From the human T2T-CHM13v2.0 reference genome, Homo sapiens: a stretch of DNA of 64,000 nucleotides. Below the pieces are notes generated by a model that did not search any database, had not been told where the DNA came from, and worked only from the letters and a program-made list of their open reading frames with translations. A program made the translations under genes and the position numbers. The DNA is taken from NCBI RefSeq assembly GCF_009914755.1, contig NC_060935.1. One strand, given 5' to 3'. This document shows positions 1 through 34,627 of this stretch, piece by piece; position 1 is the first letter of the stretch, and each line of letters opens with the position of its first letter.

Positions 1-567
1 AGATATTTTTCTTTCACAAAACCATACAGGAAAAGTTCCACAACATTGGCGTGAGAATGAATTTTTGGAAATGACCTCAAAAGCACAGACAACAAAAGCA
101 AAAATAGACAAATGGGATGACATCAAAGTAAAAAGCTTTTACACAGCAATGGAAATAACTGACAAAATGAAGAGACAACAGACAGAATGGGAGAAAACGT
201 TTACAAATTAAACAGCAGGGGTTAATATTAAAAATGTATAAGGAACTCAGCTCAACAGCAAGAAAACAAATAACCCATTTAAAAAATAAGCAAAGGACCT
301 AAACAGACATTTCTCAAAAGAGGACCAACAAAGAGCTAACAGGTACATGCAAAAATGCTAAGCATCGCTAATCATTAGGGAAATGCAAATTAAAACCACA
401 ATGGGATATCACCTCACACCTGTTAAAATGGCAATTATCAAAAAGATGAAAGATAATACGTTGGCAAGTATGTGGAGAAAATGATGTAACTCTTGTACAT
501 TGTTAGTGGGAATGAAAATTAGTACATTATTGTTGTAGAAAATGGGATGGAAGTTCCTCAAAAAACT
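1..567 (+). mobile_element. Old L1 (L1M-type) ORF2 3' region fragment
   Basis: L1 motifs: aaagcaaaaatagacaaatggga, aacagacatttctcaaaaga, gaaatgcaaattaaaaccacaatg. Confidence 0.85.
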
Positions 568-698
568 GTGTGTGTGTGTGTGTGTGTGTTTGTGTATGCA
601 TGCATGTGCATGTACACTATCTTTTAATACACCACTTGGGTTTTTGCTGATCAAAATGTAACCACAATGTCATAATAAATTACCTTGAAACTTCTTCA

Positions 699-1084
<386 letters not shown>

Positions 1085-2724
1085 CTACATGCTTTAGAGC
1101 ATTTGTAAAAGGGCAATGATACCATAGATTTTGCCAGAACAAAAAACAATATTCTCTAATAAAATATTAACCATTAACATATTAGCATGATTTACTCTTT
1201 ACAAAGGACTTTCACATGCACATAGATTATTTTACTGGAATCCTATTATGTACATGATAATGGTGGATATAACACACAGAAATCATTAAGATTATTAAGA
1301 TCATTGCACAGAGCTGGGATTTCCATTCAAGTGTCTATTCATTCAACAAACATCTCTTGAGCATCTACTATAGTGCCATGAGCAAAATTAATGTGTCTAC
1401 ACTTATTCCAGAGGTTTCAAGGTAAATTAAATTCAGTCTCAACTGGAAGAGTTACTGAAGTTTTACAAGAAAGCCATTTCAGCTGTTCTCATCTATTAAG
1501 TCAACAGGTGCAAAAAATGCATCAACTCTTTAATTGTGTGACCAAGAAGAAAGAACAATGCCAATTAATCTTATTGTTTTCTGTCTCAGTATTCATGGGC
1601 TATATTAAAGTATTTCTATGAATGTGTTCATCATAATGAATCATTATTGCTGCTCAGTTAAATTATTTACAAATCTGTTATTATAGGCCATGCTGCAATA
1701 AGCAGCCTTGTACATTTTTGTTATTTTGTATTTCTTTTGGGCACTTTCAAAAGGAGAAATTTATGGATCAAAGGGAATGTTCATTTTATGTCTTTTGACT
1801 TTATACAGTTGTGCAAAATTGGCCTCCATGATCAGAGTGTTTTCTTGATCAACACCCTTGCTAAAGAAGGATATTATAATTTTTCTACGGCTTTGCCAAT
1901 ATGAAAGGTGAAAAACACCACTCGGTGTTACATTTATAACAGGTTGTTAAAATGCGATTGTTTCTGCCTCAGTTTTGCTTGGGACCACAAGGTAATCTCC
2001 ACATTTCACAGTGAGGTGCTGGGCCTTTTAGGCAGTTTATGCAGCAGGTGGTAGGAACTGGCTTTGCTATTTTTAGCTGCCCATTCTCTGCCAGCCTGTA
2101 AAAAACACTAGAAAAGCCAAGAAAGGAAGTGGAGACTGGAGATTATAATAAAGATTTCGTTAACACAGTTGTTGGTGTACTGTGAGTTTCATGCCTTCCC
2201 CTCTTCAATGGCAAGGGTTGGGGGGTGCTCCATCAAGCCCAGTGAAAGACATTTCTAGATCATTCAGAGAGTTTAATATAATTCTTCTGCAGTTTAAGGG
2301 ACAGTGGGCTTTGGGGTTTGACACTGGCTTGAGAAAATGATATGTTTGGAGGCTGGTAGAAGCTGCCTGTGGCATCAAAAGTAGAGAGCTGCAGTTGCGA
2401 AGTAGCCACATTTCCATTGATGGTGGGGCAAAGGCATGCATGTCCTGTTGACTAGGTGTGGACTCCATGACTAGGTGTGGACTCCTGTGTAGAGTGCCAA
2501 GGTAGGGTTTCTTACATCAACAGAACTGCATCAAAGACAGGGAGAAAGAAGTTGGAGTAGGTGTGATGATGGATGTCCTGGGCCTGAGGGAAGAATTGTG
2601 TGCAACCAGCCAACAACTCAGCAGAGATGAATTTGCCTGCATCAAGGGAACAGCAGATGAGAGATCCACAGCAGGTGTGTGTGTGTGTCCGAGTGTGTGT
2701 GTGTTTGTGCATGTGAAACATTTG

Positions 2725-2910
2725 ATATCTTGAAGTCCTGACCCCTTGTACTTCAGAATGTCAAAGAGAGGTCCTGGAAAAGATCCTTCCTCACAGCCCT
2801 TAGAAGTGACAAGCCACCCTGCAGACACCTTGATTTCAGACTTCCAGCCTCCAGAACAGTGAGGCAATAAGATTCTGTTGTTTAAGCCACCCAGTGTATG
2901 GTACTTTGTT
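2725..2910 (+). mobile_element. MaLR MLT1-type LTR fragment, internally deleted; inverted copy of the neighbouring LTR
   Basis: gacaccttgatttcagacttccagcctccagaac...tgttgtttaagccacccagt, the MLT1 3' signature. Confidence 0.8.
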
Positions 2911-3003
2911 TGTTTAGAGACAGGATATCACTATTAAAGCACCCTCTTTCTCTCATGAGTGCTTTATGAATTCTTCTTTAAGAAGGAAAGTACTGCTGAG
3001 TGC

Positions 3004-3585
3004 TGTATTCGTTTCCTAGAGCTGCCATGACAAAGTATCACAGGCTGGACACAGTGGCTCACACCTGTAAGCCAGCACTTTGGGAGGCTGAGGTGGGAGA
3101 ATTGCTTGAGTCCAGGACTTTAAGAACAGCCTGGGCAACAGAGTGACACCCTGTCTCTAACAAACAAACAAACAAACACATACACAAACACACAAACGAA
3201 CACAAAACAAAGTACCACACACTGGGCGGCTTAAACAACAGAATCTTATTGCCTCACTGTTCTGGAGGCTGGAAGTCTGAAATCAAGGTGTCTGTGGGGT
3301 TGCTTGCTGCTTCTAAGGGCTGTGAGGAAGGATCTTTTCCAGGCCTCTCTTTAGCGTGGAGATGACCGTCTTCTTCCTACATCTCTTCACATCATCTTTC
3401 TTCTGTATATGTCTGTCTGTGTGAATGCAAATTTCAGCGAATTGGATTAGAGCCCATCCTAATGACCTCATTTTAACTTGATTACCACTGTAAAAATACT
3501 GTCTCCAAATAAGGTTACATTCTGAAGTGCTAGGGGTTAGGTCTTCAAGATGATATATTTTTTGAGGGATCCTATTCAGCTCACA
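3004..3585 (-). mobile_element. MaLR MLT1-type LTR interrupted by an Alu monomer (about 3043-3205)
   Basis: tgtattcgtttcctagagctgcc...ggcttaaacaacag...cctaatgacctcattttaacttgatta; monomer flanked by acaaagta(t/c)caca TSD. Confidence 0.82.
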
Positions 3586-4254
3586 TCAGGTGCCACCATC
3601 CCAGAGGCATCGTAAATAGTGAGAGACTGGGGATAGGAAAGATCTTACCTGATTAGTAAAAGTGCAAGATGAGGAAACAGGTTCACCCCATGCTCCCCAT
3701 TTTGTTTTTACTATTATCTCTTTGTCTGAAGCAGGGCCGAGCTGGGGGAGGAGAGTCACTTTTCTTTTAAATGGAATTCAGAGTTGTGACTGTTACACAG
3801 AATCAGACGTTTTAGGTCCTGAAGTGAGAATGTTTTCTGTGATTAGAAGTGACAACACAACTTTTTAATTTTTATGTTTTAAATAAGAGAGTAATGAGAA
3901 AATACAAAAACCAAACAAAAAAAAAAAACACACACAAAAAATCAAACCCAACCCAGCCTCACAGAGTTGATTTGGATAACCAGTAGTAAACTAAAGTTGA
4001 TTTCTGATGACGTTCTCTGAATTTTACTTAATATAACCTACATACTGATTATAGGTTAGTTTGCATTTCCTTAATGATAAGTGATGTCAAATTTTTTCTC
4101 ATGTCCTTGATTTCACATATTTTTGTCTATTTGTTTTCTGTATGTGTGATTTGCTTGTATACTTAGTCCATTTTTTAATTATTTTGCTTTTTTTCTTATC
4201 AATTCAAAATTGCTTATGTATTAAGTATATTACCTCCTATTAGGTTGTATATGT

Positions 4255-5739
<1,485 letters not shown>

Positions 5740-7460
5740 TTAATATGTGACTTTATAATGTACTAAATTCTCACAGCTTTCGGGAGTTCCTTTTGACATT
5801 TTCTTCCATTCACATGCTCTGAGACTGGTGCTACATTGTTTTAGTCATTGCCACTTTATTACACATTTTTATATCTGTTCAGTCAAGTTCTTTGTTTTTG
5901 CACTCTGCAAAAAAACATACTGGCTATGTTTAACATGTTTGTTCTTCAAGATAAAATTAAGTTCCACACTCTCTGTTTTCATTTTCTTGGCTAGAATTCT
6001 CATTCCTCTCTTTTTTTTTTTTCATTTTAATCTGAGAACCATTTGCACTTCTGACAAAGTTGAGGCTTTTGCTATTTCAAAGAATTGCAGGATCTCAGTT
6101 TGAGGCGACTGGAGGTGTCAGATATTTAGTTCCAGTTCCTCAACAGTGTACTTCAATCACATACTTGTTATATAGGTTATTCACACATCTAATTAAAGAC
6201 AAGTGCAATTGTATACAATCCCTAAATGGAGGGAAAGTATTTGCTAGCAATCTTCCTTTCTTTCTTTTCTGCATCTTCACAAAATAGTTATGCTCAATCG
6301 ACCCTTCCCCACTTTACCCTCCTAAGTAGCTGTCACTATAGATCTGTGCTACAAGGCCCGGCTAATGTTTAAATTTTTCATAGAGACGGTGTTTCATTAT
6401 GTCGCCCCAGCTGGTCTACGAACTCCTGGGCTCATACGAGACTTTACCGTGTATGTCCAGTAGAGGTCACAAAGTGCTTATTATAGACACTGAAACCTCA
6501 ACCAAATGCGTGCTTGGGCATTTGCATTATGCAATAATGAGCACACATAAATGATTATAATTAGGGGGAATTGTTACACTTTAATTCATTCTTCTCTATT
6601 ACACTCAATACATTAGGATAGAGAGCTTATTATAAGCAGTATACATATCTCAGAGAATACAATTCTTAAGACTTTTCCAAAAATAAAGAGAATTTTAGAG
6701 ATGATTCTATGCCAAATCTCTGAGTATAGATAAAGAAACTGATCTTTGAGTTAATTAGAGACTCGTCTGGGTCACTCACCTTGTTTATGAGCAAATACAG
6801 GAGTGACAACTCAAAATCTTTTGATCCCAAGATCAGATTTCTTCACACTGTATCTGTAGACTATGTTTTCCAATAGTAACTTAATCTTTTCTGAACTAAA
6901 ATAATTAATTAATTCAATATAAATATTTATGCCAGATGCTGTGCTAGGTGATGAAGATATATTGTTAAGCAAAAATGATCCTTGCTTGTGAGACTATGAG
7001 AAAAATGTGAGTAGAGGCAGTAAAATAATGACCAGAAAAACCTCAGAGGTAATGTTAGGTTTCTTCCTGATTAGGTACTTTCTATGCATATTCAGTACTG
7101 ATTTTGTTTGGTATGTTCAGTAATTTTGTGTCTTTCTATTTTTAAAATTTAATTTATTTTTTGAAGTTAAAATTTGCATTCTAACTTCAAAATATAAATT
7201 GTATTCTCTGAGATATGTATACTGCTTATAATAAACTCTCTATCCTAATGTACTGAGTGTAATAGAGAAGAATGAATTAAAGTGTAACAACTCCCTCTAA
7301 TTATAATCATATGAAATAATACGAAGAAAAACAGTTATCATATTACAAATTTCTTCTCATTAATTGCTATGAGAGTTTACTACTACCCAACATAAAACTG
7401 AGTGCATAATAAATACAAATGCACCTTTCTATGAAACTCCTCTTATAAAAATTGAAGTAA

Positions 7461-7837
<377 letters not shown>

Positions 7838-7869
7838 GCAACCATCCTTTTAAAAAAAAAAAAAAAAAA

Positions 7870-9850
<1,981 letters not shown>

Positions 9851-10230
9851 TTACCACCTTTTTAAAAGAAATCAGGTACTGTATATTAATAAGTCACCCA
9901 GTTGAACTGTTTCTTAGATGAGTTACTGGTGCTAAATGACTGTAACATGAGAATTATGGGCAAGAGAAACGAGAGAAGCAATGCTTGGAAAAAAAATCCT
10001 TAAACTGTGTAGTAGTCCCCAAATGAACAAACAAAGAGTAGAAATCCTTAATCTGTGAGATAATGACAAATGGAAACAAGCTGGAAAATGTATTGGAAAC
10101 ATATTAAAAAATGGAAATAAGTCTTGGAAAATGGGTATTTTTATATATATGCACTCATATATATGATCTATATGCTTACATATCATACGTACGATATATA
10201 TGCTTATATATCGTACGTATGATATATATG

Positions 10231-10517
<287 letters not shown>

Positions 10518-10737
10518 TCAAAACAGAATTACAACTTTTGAAGCCGTTTCCTTGTCTCTAGCTCTGCCAATATAGATGAACACACACGCAATTAAGTCCT
10601 AGATAGGTAGCTAAAACAAGGTTTTCATTATATGAAACAAATCTGTGATTTCCCTCTGTTTGTTTTCTTTGTTTCCTCCCTAGGCTTGTTTCCTCAGTTT
10701 CTATTACTAGAGCAAAGGTTGGGGACAGAACTCTCCC

Positions 10738-10750
10738 ATACACACACACA

Positions 10751-10788
<38 letters not shown>
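10738..10788. repeat. (CA)n microsatellite
   Basis: Interrupted CA run of about 50 nt. Confidence 0.95.
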
Positions 10789-10791
<3 letters not shown>

Positions 10792-11635
10792 AAATCTCTT
10801 TGGTTGCCCAATTTATTGTTAAACAAGCAGAAATAATCTTTGTATAAAATAATGTTTTTTCCATTTTCCAGTTGCTCAATTATTATGTGTTGTATGGCTA
10901 AAACTTAGAAAACAGAGAGGCAAACAAAAAAACCCTATCACCAATAATTCTGCACACAGAGATTACCACTGAAACACTCCAGCATGGACAATATTATAAT
11001 GTCGTCATGTACTTGCCTTCATTCACTTGGAGTTGCCTTCATTCACTTCATTCACTCACTTCATTCATGTTCATCATGAACGTCTTTTCATGTCTGTAAG
11101 AATTTATCTTCAACATGAATTTTAGTAACTTTTAAGTATCCCATCATATGGATGCACCAGAGTTTGTCCATTGTCGTACTGTTGGACATCTAGATTGTTC
11201 TATTTTTTCCCATATTATAAACATTATGTTATGTGAGAGCACTTTGCTCACCACCCCTGAGATTTCCTTCTATTATAGTGACAGTCTTGGCCTTTTTCTG
11301 GGATAGAGAGAGTTACCTAATAGATAAGTTTGAATTGAGGACCTGGGCCTGTGTGGCCCACACCTCCTTCTCCTAGGAGCCAGACTGTTACCAGAGAGCA
11401 GGTACTTGCTCTGAGATGCTCAGATGGGAGCATCTGTGCCTGGGCAGTTCAGTCTGTCTGATTCTGGGGTTCAGTTTTAGGAAGTGTTCTGTGGCTGTAC
11501 ACCTAAGCTCTTGTCTATAATAGTTACAGCTGACCTTTTGATTCTTGTATATTTATGTGTTCTCATATATATATATAAAAATTTCAGAATTGGGATTTTT
11601 TTTTTTTTGGCCAAAGGTGTGTATATTTTAGGCCT

Positions 11636-11942
<307 letters not shown>

Positions 11943-12583
11943 TAGGTCTTCTGATACAAATTTTTATATTATTCTCTAGAAAGTTTGTACCAGTGTTCAC
12001 TCCTACCAGTAGAGATTACAGTTATGTTTATCTTTGAAAGCTTAATTTTTTTTCAAAGATCTATATCTATTTATCATATAAAATATATAATATGTTAAAT
12101 TATATATAATCATATAACATATATTAAGTTATATATAATCATGTAAAATATATGATATATTAAATTCTGTATAATATATTGAATATAAGTTAGTTTACTA
12201 AGTACATATTAAATGATCTAAATATATATTTTAAATATGAATTTAACAAAAAAATTGGAAATGGAAGGAGAGAGTTAAGACATAACATCAATTACCAAGT
12301 TTTGAACCATCTGGGAGTTTTATATGTTGAAATGTTTGGTCATTTCATGTATACATGTATGTACATACGTGGGCATATTTACGTTAGGCAATTTGAAAAG
12401 GAGTGCTTGGTATGATAAGAAAATATGAAATTTAAAAAATATATCATTTGTAGAAATAGGGAATGTGCTATTTAATTAATCAAGAAATCAGAATGATATC
12501 CAAAAATATCAGCTACTCTCCCTTTTCCCCTCAGCTTAGGTTTAAATGATGATTGGCAGTCATTGTGTTGAGAAGATGAAAAT

Positions 12584-12637
12584 TTTATTTTCATGAGTCA
12601 TAGATGTTGAGACTCCAGTGAACTTTGCATTTTTATT
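12584..12637 (-). terminator. CBLIF polyadenylation signals (two AATAAA)
   Basis: tttatt on the + strand at 12632-12637 and 12584-12589, about 140 and 190 nt after the stop codon. Confidence 0.8.
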
Positions 12638-12778
12638 CTACATAGTGGTTCTCCATGTTTTTACCAGGAATATGGTAGCATCACAGGCATTCGCTTTTTT
12701 GCATAGATTTAAAATGAAGTGGAAAAAATTTCACCCATCCTTTGGAGATGTTTGATAGAAGCTGAACCCACCTCTTCG

Positions 12779-29010
<16,232 letters not shown>

Positions 29011-30269
29011 GAAACCTGGGGCTGGGTATGCAGTGAAGGCAATGTTGAGAAAATGTCCTTTACCAAAGGCCTGGGTCAGACATCAGGAAGTTTGGATAAT
29101 GTGCTAGTATCAACAAGACCTCTTCTAGCCCTTATTGTATCCAATCAGTTACCAGGCTGCTTTTTAGTAACTACTTCACTGGGATTTAGGCCATTCATAG
29201 GCATCAGCTCATTTTATGATCCTAGACACCTGCTTTACAACATGTCCTTTTAGGCTCTCAGGCAGGGATCTGCCAGGTGACATCTGGCTTTGTGAAATTA
29301 ATGATGTCTACCTGGACCTGGATTCTAGCCTAGACTCTTTGAAGTTGTTTGACTTTAGGCAAGAAATGGACCTCGGTTTCCCAGAAATGGTTTTGTTTGA
29401 TTTCTCTTTCCTTATCTGGAGATAAAAGCCATCTCAAACACCCAAAGCTTTCAGATATTATCTTTTAAAGTAAGTAATTAGAAAATGTGAGATCCATTAA
29501 GAATACATATTTCAGATGTGTAGCTACATTATAATGCAAATTATACTTCTTTATAAGGGAGAACTGAAAATGGTATGTTGAAATTATAAAGAAAGGAGTT
29601 TTGTTTGTTTTTTTCCTGCATGTAAAGTAGCTCATTTTAAGGGGATATTCTCCAGTGGCGCCCATCTTAGCATAAAAGTCAAAGCCCTTTTCATGACCTA
29701 TAAGACCTTAGAAGATCTGGCTCCTGGTTTCCTTTCTGACCTCAGCTCCAGGCGTTTTCCCCTTTGCTCACACCGCTCCCATCACACAGAACTTCTTGTG
29801 CCCCTTGAACACATCAGCTACCTTTGCACATGATGTCCCCCTCAGCCCAGGACCCTCTTCTTTTAAATAGCCTCATGGTGGCTTCCTCACATCCTTCATG
29901 TCTCTGCTCAGAGGTAAGCTTTTAGAGACGCCTTCCCAGGCCACCCTACATAAGATCCTACATCCTCACCTCCACTGACACCCCTCATGCCCCTCGCCTG
30001 CTATAACTCATTGCCCTCTGTCGCACTAAGTGTGTGGTTGTTTATCGTTTGTTTATCTCCCTACTAGAATGTCTGCTCCACGAGGGAGGGGCTTTGTCTC
30101 TTTGGCTCACTGCTCTATCCTTAGCCCTTACAACACTACCTAGCTCACAGTAGAAATAAAATACTTTTTGAATGAGTGAATTAATGAGCAAATGTAAGAC
30201 ATGGGTAATAAAGCATTTTTTCCCCCTTGGGAAACATGGGTGAGTTTTGTGAGATGAGAGCACAGGGTA

Positions 30270-30775
30270 CATACTGGGGTGTGCTGGACAACTTCTAACA
30301 TGGCCCTGTGTTTTCACCTCCCGGTATTCATGCCTTGTGTAGTCCTCTTCCCTAGAGTGTGGGCTGGCCTGGGGCCACATTCTATTATAATGAATATAAT
30401 GCAGCAAAGGTGATGGGATGTGGTTGCAAAAGACCGATTTCCCTCTTGCTTGCCTTCTCTCTCTTGCCCTTCCTGCTCTCATGAAGGCAGCTGCTAAGTG
30501 TGAGCTGCCTTATGGAGAAGCCCACATATGGCCCCTGAGAGTAGCCTCCAGCCGATATTCAGGGAGAAAAGAACCCTTCCCCAGTGAGCTTTGAGATGAA
30601 GGCAGCCCCAGCTGACATCTTGATTGCAGCCCTGGGAGAGACCCTCCTAAGCCAGAGGACCCATGTAAACCCTCCCTGGACTCCTGACCCACAGAAACTG
30701 TGGGATAATAAATGTTGTCTTAGGCCCCTAAGTTTTAAAGTCACTTGTTATGCAGCAATATATATCCAATACATG
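30270..30775 (+). mobile_element. MaLR MLT1-type LTR
   Basis: ccagctgacatcttgattgcagcc...cctgacccacagaaactgtgggataataaatg...tatgcagcaata. Confidence 0.75.
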
Positions 30776-30854
30776 GTACATGGTGGAAGATGAGGCTGGA
30801 AAGACAGTTGGCATCTACTTGGTGGACAGCCTTGCATGCTGTGTGAAGGAGTAG

Positions 30855-32505
30855 GAGGCAGAATAATGGCACTGCCCACACACCGCCAAATGCCCATGCC
30901 CTAATCCCTGGAACTTGTGAACATGTTACGTGGGTTATATGGCCAGGAAGAATTAAAGATGCACATGGAATTAAGGTGGCTAATGAGCTGACTTTAAGAG
31001 AGGAAGGTTAGCTTGGATCATCTGGGTGGGCTCAATGTCATCACAGAGGTCCTTGTTAGTGGCAGAGGAAGGCAAGAGCGTTAGAATCAGAAAAGCAAAT
31101 GTGATGTTAGAGGCAGAAGTCAGAATGATGCAATTGCTGGCTTTGTAGGTGGACAGGGGCCATGAGCCATGCAACGTGGGCAGCCTCCAGAAGCTGGAAA
31201 AGGCAAGGAAATGGATTCTTCTTCACAAGCTCTGTTACTAGGGGAGCCCTACGGAAATAGCTGGGAGGGCTTCTTATTTTCTTAAACTGTTGTTTTCCCT
31301 TAGCCTTTTTTTTTTTTTTAAGATTGTCCCTGTTCCTTTTTTTTCTTTTTTTTTTAATTATACTTTAAGTTTTAGGGTACATGTGCACAATGTGCAGGTT
31401 AGTTACATGTGTATACATGTGCCATGCTGGCGTGCTGCACCCGTTAACTCATCATTTAGCATTAGGTATATCTCCTAATGCTATCCCTCCCCCATCCCCC
31501 CACCCCACAACAGTCCCCAGAGTGTGATGTTCCCCTTCCTGTGTCCATGTGTTCTCATTGTTCAATTCCCATCTATGAGTGAGAACATGCGGTGTTTGGT
31601 TTTTTGTCCTTGCAATAGTTTACTGAGAATGATGATTTCCAATTTCATCCATGTGCCTACAAAGGACATGAACTCATCATTTTTTATGGCTGCATAGTAT
31701 TCCATGGTGTATATGTGCCACATTTTCTTAATCCAGTCTATCATTGTTGGACACTTGGGTTGGTTCCAAGTCTTTGCTATTGTGAATAGTGCCACAATAA
31801 ACATATGTGTGCATGTGTCTTTATAGCAGCATGATTTATAGTCCTTTGGGTATATACCCAGTAATGGGATGTCCCCTTAGCCTTTTTATCTATAGATGCC
31901 ACTGCTTAAAGAGCTCCAGATGGCCCAGGATGCTTCAGGAGCTTCATGATCCCTTGCCAAATACCAGAGGAAGATAAGACCTGCACCAGACCGGTGCAAA
32001 CCAGAACCGGCAACCCCTAGTTACTTTTAGATCATTAACATATCATTATAATACTAGATTCCTCTCCCTTAAAAGAAAATCGCTGCCATTTTGTGTACAT
32101 GCGAGGTATGAAGAAGTATGTCTGGGGACTGCGCCTGCGTGTTTGGAACTCCACCCTCGGCCTGCTTACATACCTCCCTGCCCCATGTCTAACTCTTGAA
32201 AATTTCCCTGCTTCCCATTGCTTAAGGAGAATGCGCCTTTAGAGCGAGAGCTCCCCTTCTCCATTCCCTGGCCAGTGAATACGACCCAATTGCTTTTGTC
32301 CAATTGCATGTTCCTTCTTTGTGACCCATACAAAGTAGGGAAAGAACTTGGTTTACTGCTGCCACCTCTAGAAGGAACACAGCTCCTTCGACACCTTGAT
32401 TTTAGCCCAGTGAGACTCTGACTTCCAGAACTGTGAGATGATAAATTTGTCTTAAATAACAAAATTAGTGGTAATCTGTTACAGCAACAATAAGAATCTA
32501 ATACA
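30855..32505 (+). mobile_element. MLT1D-like LTR split by an ERVL-type LTR (about 31233-32364), which is itself split by an L1
   Basis: MLT1 5' part ends ...gaaatggattcttcttcacaagctc and resumes cctctagaaggaacacagc...tgttacagcaacaataagaatctaataca; the insert starts TGTTA and ends CA. Confidence 0.75.
31337..31872 (-). mobile_element. Young L1PA 3' end (5'-truncated), TSD cccttagccttttt
   Basis: ttatactttaagttttagggtacatgtgcac...; TSD at 31297-31310 and 31874-31887. Confidence 0.92.
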
Positions 32506-32980
32506 GGATTATGAGTACAGTATGGTGCTGACTTTGCATTCCAGAGCCTGCTCCTGATCGTCCTGAGATGATCCACACACCCTTGGCCTGCCAGCTCTTT
32601 AACCACTCACTTCCTTGTATTATAAATTACCATTTACAACCAGGGCTGCTGCAAGATTGATCGTGACACAATTGTTGCAGTTAGTAAATAATTCCCAGAA
32701 CAGGAACCACACAGGCCATACATTTCTTAACAGGGATATTTTGACAGTCCTTGGTTAACTATTGACTGGGATGATGTGTTCATTTATTTCCTTGTTTCTC
32801 CTGTGCCTAATATTTTGGTATCAAAGCACCTAGACTCTCTCTGGACATAAGTGAGGTTTATTTGTGGTGATTATTCTTTGCTGTGGCAGCAAAAGGAAGT
32901 TTCTCTCTTCAGACTCAGTTCAGGTTCTGTAATAGTCTCAAGCTGTAGGAGCTTCTTGTAAGGCAAGTGTGGCCAATTAG

Positions 32981-34580
<1,600 letters not shown>

Positions 34581-34627
34581 TTCAACTAATTCTACCTGAA
34601 GGCATTTTTCTTTTAAAAATTACTTTA

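Noticed and set aside
31562-31804. ORF resembling the L1 ORF2 C-terminus
   Set aside because: Part of a 5'-truncated L1 with no promoter or RT domain.
30042-32606. Two 146-aa minus-strand ORFs (30042-30482 and 32166-32606)
   Set aside because: They lie in L2/MLT1/LTR-derived sequence, with no recognisable domain or splice context.
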